Assembly: GCA_951406725.2 (NCBI GenBank)
Contig: OX597817.1
Coordinates: 79,298,001-79,362,000, forward strand
Direction of reading: 5' to 3'
Length of the DNA stretch: 64,000 nucleotides
Source of the DNA: Octopus vulgaris
Taxonomy: Eukaryota
Each line of letters opens with the position of its first letter. Positions within the stretch are counted from its first letter, which is position 1. The position numbers and the translations under genes are program-made. Under the pieces are notes generated by a model. That model ran no database searches. It was given only the letters and a program-made list of their open reading frames with translations, and was not told where the DNA came from. Below are positions 1 through 18,058 of this stretch, in pieces.

Positions 1-617
1 ATGATTTTTCTTTTATTCGTTGTTATCGTTGTTGTTGTTGTTGTTGTTGTTATTTTTGTGTAGCCCCAGGTCAGACATGATCAAGCAATTCTATAATCAA
101 AGACATTCCTGTCTAACTAGGAGTGTCTATAAATGTATTATTCAACATGTTACTCCTTAATATCAGTTAATTTCTTTCCAGGTAACAAGTGGCTTGAAGG
201 AAAATTTAGCTGTTGTTTCTAGTAGGTTAAGGCCTGTGTTAGGCTTCCTTCTTATTGGTTTATCTGTAATAACATATCGCTTTTGATAATTTACTTTCTA
301 GATAAACCTCAAAAATTTTCATGAACTCACAATGAGTTGTTTGAATGGTGTCCTTTTTTTTTACGTTTTTGATATATATATATATATTATTTTAGCTCAT
401 TTCAGCTCACGAGCTGTGGTGATGCTGAGACACTGCCATTTGGCATTGCTACATAATTTTACTTCACGAATGCTTTTTAGGAATTGACATTTGGTACAAG
501 AGAGAGTTTGATGCAGCTGCCCTCAACTGCATCTCCTGCCGTGAAGTTGGTTCATATAGGACACCAGACAGGAAGAGGTCCAGCTTTATTTTGAAGACAC
601 CTATATCCACATATCAA

Positions 618-1318
618 TATGTGTGTGAAGTCAAAAATTATCCTCACTTTTGCTATATATCTTTATTATTGTTCCACTGCCTTTTGCCCACATGTGCTTA
701 TAGCTGCAACTATTGTGGTAACAGGATCAAAATTTGAGCCTCATCACACCATTTTTACTTCTGGCTTTACAGTATAAGCATGGTTGCTCCTCTAACAATA
801 TGCCCCAAAGAAGAACAAAGATCAGAGATCCAGTTTCTATGGAAAAGGGTGTACAATCAATAGTGCAAGATACAGTGTTTTGTTGGCCAACAAACTGAAG
901 CCAGCAATTTGCACCAAACGCCGAAGCCTATAGTCAAAAGTTTTCTTGTTGCATGACAATGCATACCACACACGGCCGCCCAGACCATTGAAACCATTAA
1001 CCAACTGAGTTTTAAGATGTTGGAACACCCTGCCTACAGCCCAAATTTCACCCCTTCTGACTGTCATATCTTTGGACTGTTTAATGATGGTTTACAAGGT
1101 CGTTGATTTCCTGCAGATGATGTGAAGGAATCAGTGCATAAATGGCTGCACAATCAACTGCAAACCTTCTTCTTGGAGGGAATATGCAAGCTTGTGGACT
1201 GCTGGACAATGTGCCTTGGAAACGAAGGAGATTATATAAAAAAATGACATACTTGTTTATCCCTTGCTTTTGTGTATCTACATTAAGAAAACAAGAGTGC
1301 ATATAATGTTTAACTCTC

Positions 1319-1324
<6 letters not shown>
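618..1324 (+). mobile_element. Decayed, internally deleted mariner transposon
   Basis: Frameshifted C-terminal transposase (VFLLHDNA..., MLEHPAYSPNFTPSDCHIFG) at about 840-1240; weak TIR-like ends next to TA. Confidence 0.75.
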
Positions 1325-1370
<46 letters not shown>

Positions 1371-1802
1371 ATATATATATTTGTAATTATAGGCGCAGGA
1401 GTGACTGTGTGGTAAGTAGTTTGCTTATGAACAACATGGTTCTGGGTTCAGTCCCATTGCGTGGCACCTTGGACAAGTGTCTGCTACTATACCCACATGC
1501 CTCCCAAAGCCTTGTCAGTGGATTTGGTAGATCGAAACTGAAAGAAGCCTGTTGTGTATATGTATATATATATGTATGTGTGTATATATTTGTGTGTCTG
1601 TGTTTGTTCTCCCAACATCGCTTGACAACCGATGCTGGTGTGTTTATGTCTCCGTAACTTAGCAGTTCAGCAAAAGAGACCGATAGAATAAGTACTAGGC
1701 TTATGAAGAATAAGTCCTGGGGTCAATTTGCTCGACTAAAAGGCGGTACTCCAGCATGGCCACAGTAACATGACTGAAACAAGTAAAAGAGTAACTGTTT
1801 AT

Positions 1803-1860
1803 ATCCCACTGATGAGGCAGAGTATATTTTTATACAGAGCCAAAAATTCGGATCTGGGAT
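1803..1860 (+). ncRNA. Degenerate type I hammerhead (pLTR remnant)
   Basis: atccca-CTGATGA-ggc...gcc-AAAA-attcggat-c-tgggat: 6-bp stem I, stem II ggc/gcc, near-palindromic stem III, AUC triplet; the G of GAAA is mutated. Confidence 0.6.
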
Positions 1861-4724
1861 TATCCAATAATATTTATTATTGTTAGTTTATTTGTCTATT
1901 TGTCTATTCTTCTGGTGCTGTATGAATACATGATGTGATTTTAGAGTCAAGTTTTGACTGCTATCTTTTAGATACCCTTAATTATAATTTTAATAATGGT
2001 TATTACTTACAAGATTTTTATTCCCATGCTGGCCACTTGGTATGATCAGTATTTTAGAAAATATATTTTTTAATTGATATTTCACTAATAAATGAGTTAA
2101 CAGTGAGAATACAAGCAAAAGAAGTAACAAATAGATTGGATAGAGAGAAAATAGTTAAAACATATGATAAGGACTTGTGCATGTAAGAAAATTAGACAGA
2201 AAAGACAAAGAAGAGAGAATAAGGCAGAGAGAGAGAGAGAGAGAGGTTGGGGCAGAGAGTGAAAATTAATTTAAGGATAAATGGTAAAAGGAAAGCTAAT
2301 GATGAAAATTAAAGACAAAAAATGATGTATGAAAAACTTGAACAGAAGCTTCCACAAAAACAGATAACAGAACTTTAGAGATGAAAGTTGAAGTATTTTA
2401 AAGAAAGTTGAATATTTTGGAAGATGAATTTTAGAAGGAAAGTTTCAGAGGTCTGGGCGTTGATGACTAAAATTAAGCAAGACAGAATATCTAAAAGTGA
2501 GTAGGAAAGGTTTGAGAGATTTAAGTAAGTATATGAAATGAGAAAAAATTTAATAGAGAGATACCTATGTAGTGGGAAAGGTGTAGCAAAAGATGTTGAG
2601 GTAGCAGTTGAAATAGACATGTGGACAACATCAAAGTAAAGCATCAAATTGAAGTTTAAATAATTTATTTAGACGACACTTGCATTTACTTCTTGTTTAC
2701 ACCAAAAAAGTCACTACATGGCATTACCAACTAACTTCGAGTTGGGGAAGAAGAAAATAACAGGGTAAATACTGTGTCAATATGATTAGGTAGAACCGGG
2801 CATGTTTTGTGTCTGTGTGAGCATTGGTCATTCAGTGGTGTCTGTTTATGCTCTGCCACTGCTACCGTGTTGGATCGTTCTTACTGAATATGTGGGTCTC
2901 TGTTGGCTGCTTAACTGGCGCAAGGCTTCTCTTGGCAGTTCGCTTGGTGATGGCTCTCTCACCTCTGGCTATCTGCTTCTGTCGTATGTCTGACTGTATT
3001 TATAATGGTCATGACAGCTAGAAGGACAAACATACCACAGAAGCAATTCCTACTTATGTAGGTCGCCTCCTGTCCACTTGAACCTTAAATGATACGGGCT
3101 GAGGTCATGGGTCAAAGGAAAAAAAAACATCCATCACTTTTTGACAGGACAAAGAAATTTCGTTCATACCTGTTTGGCCAGTGGTGTGTCAGACAAGCAA
3201 AAATCCTTTGATTCAACTTTGAATCTCAGCTCAGAAAAAGGAAGTGCTAGTTTTTAAGAGCAACACTTTCCTTAGCCCTTTGCTCCACATGCAAAAAGTG
3301 GCTTTTCGCCACAAGAAAGACGATGCCACCTCTATCCTTTCTTCCTTTCTGGTCAGCACCATGAATTCCTTACTCTTTCACTCTCTACTGACAGTCAACC
3401 TTTATCTACACTATCAACTACTAACCAGCGAGCCAACCTTGTCACTATCACTAGAATTAGTACTGTCTCTTTAACTACCTGTCAGGCAAATGAATAAACA
3501 TATGTAAATATTATTTCTTCCTTCTTGGTGTTGATTCTTCGATGTTCACTGGTTACTCAGATGCGAAAACCTTGAAGCATTACGTCTACATGCTACATTC
3601 AGTAGTGGGCTACTTCATATCGAATTCATATGGCACATCACATCTAGTCTGCTACACCTACTAAATATTGATATAAAATTAAAGAAATGGTCTACCAAAT
3701 GGCAATAGTTAAGATTATAAAGATTGTTAGAGAGAATTTTAGAGAGACTGTTAGAGAGTTTATTTGAAAGAAGTTTAGAGAGAAATCTGGACAGATGGTT
3801 GAAGAGATGACTCTCTAACATGATAGTGAAATGATAAAAAAAAAATTAGTTTGAGGGATGGTTGAGATGATAGTTAGACAGATAATTTTTTAAAAAAAGG
3901 GGATTAGAAAGAAAATTTTAAAAAGCTAAAAAATACGATACAAAAGATGCTTAGAGAAAGAATGCAATAAAGATTTCGAGAAAGATGCCGAGAAAAAAAC
4001 GGTGAGAGATATTTGTTAAGTAGTTAGTATGGATAATGGTTAAAGAAAGGATGAAAAAGATGGTTACAGAAATGATTTGAAAGATGGTTAGAAAAAAGAT
4101 TCAAAAGATAATTAAAGAGAAGACAACTGTAAATACGGTTACAGAGAAATAAACTAGAAAGTCGGTTAGAGAGAATCAAAATCCTCACGTCCAACCTCAT
4201 CGTGGAATTTAATTACAAATTATTATATAGACAAGATTGATTTCTCTGCCTTATCTTTGCAGTCACTTTGATTTGATGGCTATTTTTCGGTCTAATAAAC
4301 AATATTAAAGTGACCTTTTTGCCTTTGTTTTTGTTTTTATGTTCCGCTATTTTGTTTTTCTTTCATTTCCATTTATTTTTATTTTTTAAATTCTTTCTTT
4401 CATTTCCATTTATTTTTATTTCTAAACTCTTTCTATCTTTCTCTTTTTTCTCCTTCATTTGCTTGTTTGTTTACTTCTTGTTTTCAGGATGATTTTTGTT
4501 TTATTTCGTTTTATTTTCAATCTTGTTTTCTTTATGTTTTATTTGATGTGTGTTTTGGGGATGAAGATTGAATATTGAAAATAAAATAAAATAAAAAAAT
4601 AAATAAATAAAAGAGAAGGAAAATCAAATGGGTGAAAACAAAAACAAACAATTATAACAATAACAAGAATAACAGCATGAACACCAGCAGGAAGACCAAC
4701 AACAATGCAAGCAATTAGTGTTAG

Positions 4725-6720
<1,996 letters not shown>

Positions 6721-7134
6721 TTTGGTAATCATCTGCTTTGTTGTTCACATTATTGTTGTAGTTACAATTTTTTACTGTGTATATATGTATTGCACTACAT
6801 CAAAGATGTTACTAGACTAAGGCCAATGTATTTATATCTGCATATATGTAGGTATGTGTATGTGTGTGTGTATGTGTGTATATATACATATACATACATG
6901 TATATATGTCAGTATGCATATATGTATGTATCTATATGTATATCACATGTAGTTATACGAATATGTGTATCTAAATATGTACACACACGCACACATACCC
7001 ACACACATATATATATACATATATATATGTATGTATATGTGTATACATATATATATATACATATATATGTATGTATCTATATGTATATCACATGTATTTA
7101 TATGAATATGTGTATCTAAATATGTACACACACA

Positions 7135-7196
<62 letters not shown>

Positions 7197-7372
7197 TGGG
7201 TATACATATATATACATATATATACATATATATGTGTGTATATATATATATAAATATATATATGTATGTATTTATGTATATACATATATGAATATACATA
7301 TACTCATATTTTGAGTTCTTTTTTCTCTTTTATATCACTATACCTATATATGTGTGCATATATTTATGTATA

Positions 7373-7428
<56 letters not shown>

Positions 7429-10218
7429 CACACATATATATATATATATCTAATACATTAACATTATACATACATGCACATTCATATGTGTGTGCATGTG
7501 TGTGTGTGTATTGGTTTTCATATATAATATGGAACCGTTATGTCTGTGAAATAAAAATAAGTTGATGTCTACATCAATTGTTTCTCTGTTATTGTTGTTG
7601 TATTTCCTATTATAATACTTTCTTAACATTTGATCACTTAATTTTCCTTTGTGTTTTTTTTTTGTTTTTTTTTTGTTTTTGTTAACATATGGAGATGTTT
7701 ACACTGGACAGTGTGGGTGGATCAATTGATTCGTTACTGGACAACTATTAAAAGATCACTGAATCATACTCTGTCCGTTAGACATTCCCATTCACAACAT
7801 ATAAACCGACACTCAAAGAAAGAAAGCCACATGCAACTACACAACACGGACACTATTACTACACCATGAGAAGAAGAACACTGTCACTCCTACACAATCC
7901 AGACAAATATTAAAAGCAGAACTAGATGTTTAATCTGCATCAAATTGCAACCTATAGTCTTCAAGAGGAATGGCAGTTTAGGCGAGTGGTTCTTAACCAG
8001 TGTCCATAATGCCCTTGGGGTTCCATATAGCCTTGGTGAAAGGGGGCCATATGGCCCTGGCAATTGGGGTCTATATAAGATTTTGTTGTTAAAATTTAGC
8101 TCCAATAAATTGGTTATAGTTCTACAATGCACAAAATATTTCCATTCTTTTATACAGTAGATGTTGGTATTGCTATGTGGTAAGAAGCTTGCTTCATAAT
8201 CACATGGTTTTAGGTTCAGTCTCATTGTGTGTTTCCTTGGGCAAGCCGCTTCTACTCTAGCCTCAGGCAGACCAAAGACTTGTGAGTGGAATTGGTAGAT
8301 GGAAACTGAAAAATGCCTCTCAAATATATATAAATGTGTGTGTGTGTGTGTATGTCTTTGTGTGTTTGATTTTCCTCCACTACCACCTGACAACCGGTGT
8401 TGGTGTGTTTGTATCCTATAATTTAGCCGTTTGGCAAAAGAAAGTGACTGACACAAACAACAACAAAATAAGTACTGGGGTTGATTTACTTGACTAAAAA
8501 TTTTTCAATGTGGTGCCCCAGCATGACCACACTCCAATAACTGAAACAAGTAAAGAGACAAACATAATTCCAAAGAAGCCTGCTTCTCAACATGGTTCCA
8601 GGTTCAGTTTTACTGCATGGCACCTTAGGCAAGTTTCTTTTACTACAGCTTTTTAAAACTCATACTACGGTCCACCATAGAAAATTTAAGCATTTTATAG
8701 TTCGTTAAATCTAAGTGAATCTTCCAAGGCTGACGCTAACATTCATTAGATCACTGAATATGATTAAACATTAAGTACAAGACACTTGATATAAGATAAA
8801 TTCCAATAAGGAATCGAATGTAGAACCAAGGTCACAAAGATCTCATTTCTATTAAAATTAACCTTTTGTCTAATAAAAGGAAACCCTTATTTGTTGAGAA
8901 TTTGGTCATCCTAAATAGAAACACCAAGCTGAAATATCATACAAACTTCTAAACTGAATTACTGGGCTATGTGTCAAATTTGGTACCCAAGAAACTTCCA
9001 GTAAAACCCTCTGTTAGTGTGTTAGTTAAATCTACCGTCTTCAGATCTTGGCACACAATTCAAGTGTGTCTTCTTTCTGCCTCTTTTACCATTACTTAAA
9101 CTGCCGTTTGCAGCTCTTCAGCTGCTGGCTGAGTCCCAATGTATTTCTAATCCTTCACCAAAGCATTCTTTTGATTATTTATTTATTCCACATGTATGTA
9201 TATTTGTGTCTGTGCATGTGTTTATGTGTGTGTCTTTGTTGTATATGTGTATGTGTTTGCATGTGCATGTGTATTTCCATATGACTTTCACTGTCTCAGT
9301 TTTCTTTCTCATTCTTTCTTTCTCTATCTTTGTTTTACTCTGTTCTACATTCTTCCTTTCTATTGTCATCAGTCAGAACTTTACTTAATGAACAGACCTT
9401 TATTTATGCAAACCATTCCCCCACCACCACACACACACACATGTGCACCGCTCACCTTCCACAACTGAAAACCCTATATTTCTCAAGAACTATATTCCTT
9501 TCTATATATCCCCTCCAGATCATTAATATTTCTCCAGATCAAAGGAAGTGCTAACTATATCAATTTTCGCCATATTTCTGCATCATTAAAAGGATTGGCA
9601 GTACATAATTATCTCTTATTTAGGCATAAAGCCAATTGTTGAATGGACCAAGGATATGCAGTATCATTAGCACCAATATATTACTGGTACCATATTTATC
9701 AAATCCAGATGGACTATCCAGTTTGACTGTTATTAATATATTCATACCAAATCTTACTGTTAATTCTCAAATCAACCAAACTGCAAGTAGCTTTTGGAAA
9801 TCTGCAATCTTTGTTATTGGGACTAAATAATAATGTGAAAGACTGAAATTATCATGAAAATATTGTTTACATCATGTAATGTCCTCTTTTCCATGCTTGC
9901 ATGGGTCAAACAGTATTTGCTGAAGCATGTTTTTCTATGGTTAGTTATTATACATTTCCTGAATCCAGCCTTCGCATGTTTCCAAGCAAATTAAAATTGG
10001 TCTATGGCCAGACAAACTTTTTTATGAAAGACTGGAGACAAAGAGCATTGCTTTTATGTTGGTAAATCTCATTCACAATCATCATTTGATGACAAGACAA
10101 GGGTACATACATATATATAAAGACACACATACACATAGATATATATACGTATGTATGTGCATATATCTATCTATCAATATATTTATGTATTTTTGATATA
10201 TATATGTTTGCATGTATG

Positions 10219-10286
<68 letters not shown>

Positions 10287-10396
10287 CATATATATAAGTA
10301 TATATATATATGTATGTATATATATGTATATATATGCATATATGTATATACATATATATATGTATATATATAGGTATATATCTATGTATGTATTTA

Positions 10397-10437
<41 letters not shown>

Positions 10438-11313
10438 GTGCAGCCCTGTGTGGCTAATAAAGAAACATCTATTTATCTATATACATATATATATATATAT
10501 ATATACATTGTTTTTTTCTTGTGTCTGGTACTTATGGAGCTGGCTTTTAGAAAAATGGGTTCCATCACCATAATTTACACGTGATACTTTTTTCTTTTTG
10601 TTATCTTTTGGCAATAACAGAAGGCAGTACTCAAAATTATTTACAGGACTTCATAGATTGCTAGAAGGGAGGGGTAAGGTATCACTAGCTTTGAAACCTG
10701 ACTGAAACACTTACAACAGAGTGGACCTCACTAAAGGCATCAGTGGTGCCAGCTAGTGGATATGTTAAGCCAAGTTAGCTACAGCAGGATTTTAACTCAG
10801 AATGCAAAGAGCTGTAAGAAATGTTGCAATCTACAAGGTTCAACATTCTTACAGTTCTACAAATCAACAGTCTTGAAGTGATACCTTTTTAGTGACCAAA
10901 AAAATCTGGACAACATATTTGATATTTATCAAATTTGAACTAAGAGCACAGAGTATCAGAACACATACCACAAAATACACTGTAACGACTCTGCTAATTC
11001 ATTCCATCATGACAATTTGCCCCCATCAAATACAAATTATTTAATATTGACCCAAAACTCAATAAGTTGGTTCCCATTTAAGGACAATTTTAGGTTTTTT
11101 CTTTACAAATTCTATTGTTATTTTTCTGGGTGGAGTTTTCTAGACTTCTTTTACTTTAATTTTAGAAATAACCATAGATTTATACCTTTCCGAAATCCGT
11201 TAACCCTTTCTGCCCAGCTCTGATCACGAGATATCTCATTACATGAAACAATTCCAGTTGATTCTTATATATTGCATTTTATCATCATCATCATTATTAT
11301 TATTATTATTATC

Positions 11314-11426
<113 letters not shown>

Positions 11427-11447
11427 CATCATCATAACTACTACTAC

Positions 11448-11505
<58 letters not shown>

Positions 11506-11741
11506 TCATCACTGAATCATTCTGCAGGCCAAGAAACATTCTATGGAAATAAAATAGCTTTTAGTTTCACTTACTTTACTTATTCTATGATATTATTAAA
11601 GATCTTCCTCATATAGGAAATTTGAAATCGATATATAATAATTAAAATACATACATACACTAGAAACACACATATGCATGCACATGTATACAGATGTACA
11701 CACACACGCACACACTCGCACACACATACATATATGTTTAA

Positions 11742-11806
<65 letters not shown>

Positions 11807-12696
11807 ATACATATATACATATACATATATGTACACACACAAGCACATACATACATACAAATATATATATATATAAGTATCGATGTATATTGCTGAAAGA
11901 TAACTTCTGGCAATTAGATTTTTTTTTTCTTAAACAGACCAGAAAGACGAAGAAAAAAAACAGAAAAATTTGGAGTGATGATATGATGATCTGATGATAG
12001 TGTTGGAGGAAAAACTAGTTTCTCTTTAATTATAAATTATACTGTAAATAAAATGCTGGACCTTCATTTTGAAAAATGCATTATTCTCTGTAATAATCTA
12101 TTCAAGAGACTGCCCGCTCTGCTTAAGTTCAAAATTCTGCCTCAAGCAGATACAGAAAGAATACAAGAGGAAAATAGTTTAATAATGTACTACAAGATTG
12201 CTAGCTCTAACTATAGAAACAAATTTGACATTTTTAATGGTAAATCATTTTAAGATTTCCTAAAATACAGTGTTTATTCAAAATGATTTCGTATTTTCAT
12301 TAACTTGTTTCTTTCTTCTGAAATATTTTAAATTATTTTTCTTTATTTCATTACTATTTTTTTATTATATTTTTCATTCAGTTAAAAAAAAAATTTTTAA
12401 CTTCTATTTCACTTTTTTTTTCTGTTTTGGAAGTTTTTTTGCTAAAAAATATTAAGATATTTATTTGAATATTAGTGAAATAATAAAAAAAATGTCAGGA
12501 AAAAAAATGAAAAACAATAAGAAGGAAAAATTTTTAAATATGAAGATAATATTGCAGTCTTATTCAGAATCTAAGAATATCTTTTTCATATAATACACAC
12601 AATACACACATATATGCATAAATACATACACATATATATTTAAGCATACATGAATACACACATGTCTCTTTATATATGTATATGTTTGTGTATATG

Positions 12697-12740
<44 letters not shown>

Positions 12741-13013
12741 TATGTATATATTTATACACACTCACATACATACATATATGCAAATATATGTATTTATATA
12801 TATATATCTATACACATATGTTTGTATGTGTGTATGTGTGTGTGTATATATATACACACATACACACACACACATATACATAAATATATATAAAATGTAG
12901 AGGAATAGGGTTATTATAATCTAGCAGATATTTCATGAGAACTCTGATAAAATCCAAATATGACTAACCACATTGAGTGATAGGAAACATTTAGAATCTT
13001 ATAGAATACACAA

Positions 13014-13403
13014 TTAACTTTTTAGTTCTTAAGCCAGCCATATGCAGCCAAGATATTCTACCTATTTCATGTTCAGACTGGCCAGGTCCAACCTCTCACA
13101 CCTATCCTACAATGTATTTCCAATTATTAACAAATGCATCGTTGAAATCTCAAAGCTACATTAAAATGCATGACTAATTCAAAACAATATGAATAAATAT
13201 GCATTACAATTGAACAGAAATAGGCGTAGGAGTGGCTGTGTGGTAAGTAGCTTGCTTACCAAACATATGGTTCCGGGTTCAGTCCCACTGTGTGGCACCT
13301 TGGGCAAGTGTCTTCTACTATAGCCTCAGGCCAACCAAGGCCTTGTGAGTGGATTTGGTAGACGGAAACTGAAAGAAGTCTGTCGTATATATGTATATCT
13401 ATA

Positions 13404-13434
<31 letters not shown>

Positions 13435-13673
13435 ATGCTTGTGTGTCTGTGTTTGTCCCCCCAACATTGTTTGACAACCGATGCTGGTGTGTTTACATTC
13501 CCGTAACTTTGTGGTTCGGCAAAAGAGACCGATAGAATAAGTACTAGGCTTGCATATAATAAGTCCTGGGGTCGATTTGCTCGACTAAAGGCGGTGCTCC
13601 AGCATGGCCACAGTCAACTGACTGAAACAAGTAAAAGAGTTAAAGAGAATAATCTGAATGTTAAAGGGTTTAA
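13014..13673. mobile_element. piggyBac-like MITE interrupted by a SINE
   Basis: Ends ttaactttttag.. and ..gttaaagggtttaa; SINE occupies 13221-13650. Confidence 0.5.
13221..13650 (+). mobile_element. tRNA-derived SINE family A (internal TA/TG microsatellite), representative copy
   Basis: Pol III-like head (tggctgtgtggtaag..ggttcagtccc), core gtggcaccttgggcaagtgtctt, tail ccagcatggccacagtc..(gtaaaaga)n. Other copies at about 1389-1793+, 8170-8560+, 18770-19175-, 36220-36385-, 40190-40535-, 44829-45260+, 51345-51545 with 54480-54643-, 58395-58793-, 63860-64000-. Confidence 0.85.
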
Positions 13674-14216
13674 CTGTACTCTCTCTGATTGGTGAAACCT
13701 GAGTTCACTTTGATGAATTTCATGTAGATTGCTGAGTATGTTATCAGTACTCTGAAGAATGACCTCAGGAAGCTGAACCTTTCAGGTGAGATGACAAAGG
13801 ACTGAAATACCTGGGACCTGGCCATACTAAAAAACACTTATGCCCCACACCAGCCATGAAAAGACTGATCCTTCTGGTTGCATAAAATACACATAGTGGT
13901 GTTATATAAAAGCACATGTGTGGTGCCTCATGATAGCACCCATGCAGTGCCACATAAAGGTGCTTATTAGGCAACACATAAAAGCATCTGTGTGGCGACA
14001 TGTAAAGCAACCATGCAGTGCCATATAAAAGCGCCCTTTTGGTGCCACATAAGAGCACCCAGTATACTCTGTAAAATGGTTGGTGTTAGGAAGGGCATCC
14101 AGCCATAGAAACTATGCCAAATCAGAATGGAGTATGGTGCAGCCCCCAAGCTTGCCAGCTCTGGTCATACCGTCCAACCCGTGCCAGTATGGAGAACTGA
14201 TGTTAAATGATGATGT

Positions 14217-14254
<38 letters not shown>

Positions 14255-14510
14255 TTGATGATGTTGATTATCAAGACATAATAATTAAAGATGGAGAATT
14301 ACACATCTTTAAAATTTATTTAGCAAAAACTATTTTCATCATATTATATTTTGACATGTATCTCTGCTGAATAAGTGTTTTAGGGTATTTTGATATAATA
14401 ATTTTGTGCATTTAATCGATTTATATTAAATCAATTGTAGAACATGTTCTAATCCAAATGTTGATAATCCTATACAATTTTATTTAAAGTGTTTTCCATA
14501 TGAGTGGTTT

Positions 14511-14565
<55 letters not shown>

Positions 14566-16822
14566 ATATACACACATGTGTACATATGTAGATAGATAAA
14601 TATATAAACAAGTAACTAGAAAGCTACGAAGTTAATAGGGCTTTATGCCGAGAGTTGTCCTTCAAGACTGGATGCATTTGAAGGTTGCCAAACCTAGGCC
14701 AGTTATACCACCACTCTACCTAAGTATCTGGTTGTGCTTTCTCAAAGACATACTTTAACAAAGGGGAATTAATGTCTCACTTGCAATGGTCTTATAGAAT
14801 GTTGGACACTAATCTAAACATTCTAAATCCTTGCAATGCTGGTGAAAATGGTTAGTGGCATTTCGGCCAGTTTTTCATTCTGAGTTCACACTCTGCTACG
14901 GTCAACTTTGCCTTTCAGAGTTGCTAAAATCAGTACCAGTTGAACACAGACGAAATTTTGAGTAATTCCTTCTCCTGAAATTGGTGAACTTGTGCCAAAG
15001 TTTGAAATCAATATTCCCAGATAGACATAAATCTAGAACTGGATTCAGCTTTCAGTTTTGTACTGGTTCCCTAAAAACTCTCCTTTTTAGGCAAATTTAG
15101 TAGGGGAATTAGTTTAGTTGCCAATGACTAGATAATGGAAGATGTTGTACTAGAATATGCTACCAATGACTCACATTAGCAATTTATCATGATCATCAAC
15201 ATCATCATGCTCATTGTCATCATCATCATCATCATTATCATTATTATTATTACTATTATTATTGAGCTGGCAGAATCATTAGCAAGCTGGGAAAAATGCT
15301 TAACAGTGTTTCATCTGTCTTTACATTCTGAGTCCAAATTCTGCCAAGGTCAACGTTGACTTTCATCCTTTTGGGGTCAATAAATTAAGTACCAGTTGAG
15401 CACTGGGGGCTGATGTAATCAACTTACTCCTTTCCCTGAAATTACCAGCTTTGTGCCAAAATTTGAAATCATCATCGTTATTATTATCATTATCATCATC
15501 ATCATCATTGTCATCACCATCATCATCATCATTAGCAGCAGCAGCAGCAGTTGTAGTAGTAGTGGTATTGTCTTTGCACAGCTTCTAACGCTGGAGATGT
15601 ACTGTGGTGTCAGCTGTTCACTACCAGTGAACTAGGGTAATACCTCTTATTATTTTATTATTGTTGTTGTTGTTGTTGTTGTTGTTGTTAATATTATTAT
15701 TCCTGTTATACTTCTCAGAGCACTTGGTCTTGCTTGTTCGGGTTGATTCTGTGAGAGCAGCCTGCAGTCTGTTGTAAGAAGTCTCAGAGGGTCTCTTTCC
15801 ACACATTATAAACTTTGATACTTAGTTGTTAATGATTGTGTATTATTATTATTATCATTATTATTATCATTATTGAAAAAGAAAGCAAGGCTAGGGAGGA
15901 GGTACTGTCATGCAGTAAGTTCATTAGAAGCTGTGTGAATGGGCCTACTCTAAGTGTGCACCTGTAGGCCAGATGGAAGGGAGAGGAGAGGGTGCCTTCC
16001 TGAGGGTGCCTTCCTTGATGATAAGAGGTCCAAAGTGCATGAAGTCTCTTTGGTCACCTTACAGTGGAATTCACACCTATTGGCCAAGCGTATTGTTGAT
16101 TTAATCTCTGTGTTAATCATATTTGTTTGCTGATTGCACATTTAACAACACTGTCCCTCGTTTGTGATTCATCTTCTATGTTTTATGTTCAACCCTGGTG
16201 GCCAATAAAGAAATTATTATTATTATCATTATTATCATTATTATTATTATTATTAAAGGATTAAGTCGATTACATCAACCCCAGTGCATAACTGGTACTT
16301 ATTTAATTGACCCCGAAATGATGAAAGGCAAAGTCAATTTCACCAGGGTCAACTTTGCCATTCATCCTTTCAGGTTCAATTAAATAAGTACCAGTTATGC
16401 ACTGGGGTCGATATAATCAACTTAATCTCTTCCCCCAAATTTGAGGCCTTGTACTTCCAGTAGAAAGGATTATAATTATTGTTGTTGTTGTTGTTGTTAT
16501 CTAATGATACATATTTTTTAGGGCTGAAAGTTCTTCCCATTGCCAATACACCCCAGTTTCCAACCAAGTTATTATTTTCGTGTGGCCAGACATATTTCGC
16601 AGAACATTGGAAATGAATGAAACTGCTTGCATGTTTGTGCCAATCATTTATAAACCCCACAATTTCAAAACAAGAGGTGAAATGGAGCAACATGAAATTA
16701 AATGTCTTGCTTAAGAACATAGCACATAGCTCGGTCTGGGAATCGAACTCACTACCTCATGATTGTGCGCCTGACACTCTATCCACAAAGCCATATATAT
16801 ATATATTTATATATATATGTAT

Positions 16823-16933
<111 letters not shown>

Positions 16934-17354
16934 AATACACACATTTATGTATATGTATATGAACAAGTATTGTGTGCGCTAGGGAGTGCAGTATGCTTCC
17001 ATATGTGTTTCTGTCTGTATGCATGAGTGTGTATTTGGAGAGAGAGTTAGTAACAAATTGTAAAATATATTCCAAAATATATTGATATAGATCACTATAT
17101 ACCATCTAGATGAAGAAACGGAAGGATGGTGGGATAGATATTGTATAATTGTATCATATTAAAAAATATATACATCCATCATGAAGATTTGAAAATTATC
17201 AATCAAACTTCCAGATGATTCCAATACTGTTCATATAAGGCTTCAACAAAAAATATTAAATAATTTCTGTCCTCTACTCAAAATTTTAACATTGCTAGAG
17301 GGCAATATATATACATATATATGTATATATATATGTGTGTGTGTGTATATATAT

Positions 17355-17480
<126 letters not shown>

Positions 17481-17901
17481 ATATACATATATAGAGGGAG
17501 AGAAAGAGAGAGAGGGAGACAGACGGACAGACGAATATATATATATATATATATATACACATACATATAGTTGTATATATATAGACACATATATATACAT
17601 GTATACATATATGTAAATGAACATATATATTATATATATTATACAAATATTTGTGCATATGCATGTATATATAAGCATGTGTGTGTGTATGTGTGTCTTT
17701 ATAGAGACAAGTATCTATTTTAAATGCTATATAAAGGAAAAACGATTGCAGATTGTGTTCTTTAAGGTTTCCTGATGTGGATTCCAATTATAAATATGGA
17801 ATTTTAAATTATACATTTGATTATTCAAGGGAATCAAAGCAATGAAGTGACACAGAAAGGAAAATGATAATGAATAGAGATAGGGAGACAGAGGTATATA
17901 A

Positions 17902-17937
<36 letters not shown>

Positions 17938-18058
17938 TATATATGTAGAGATAGATGATAGATAGATAGATAGATTGGTAGATACATATATATATATATT
18001 TACACATATATGTATATACAGATACACATATATACATACATATATGCATAGATACATA

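Noticed and set aside
2760-3480. Higher-complexity stretch as a host exon or transposase
   Set aside because: Stops occur in the minus-strand frames checked and no motif is recognisable; left unassigned.
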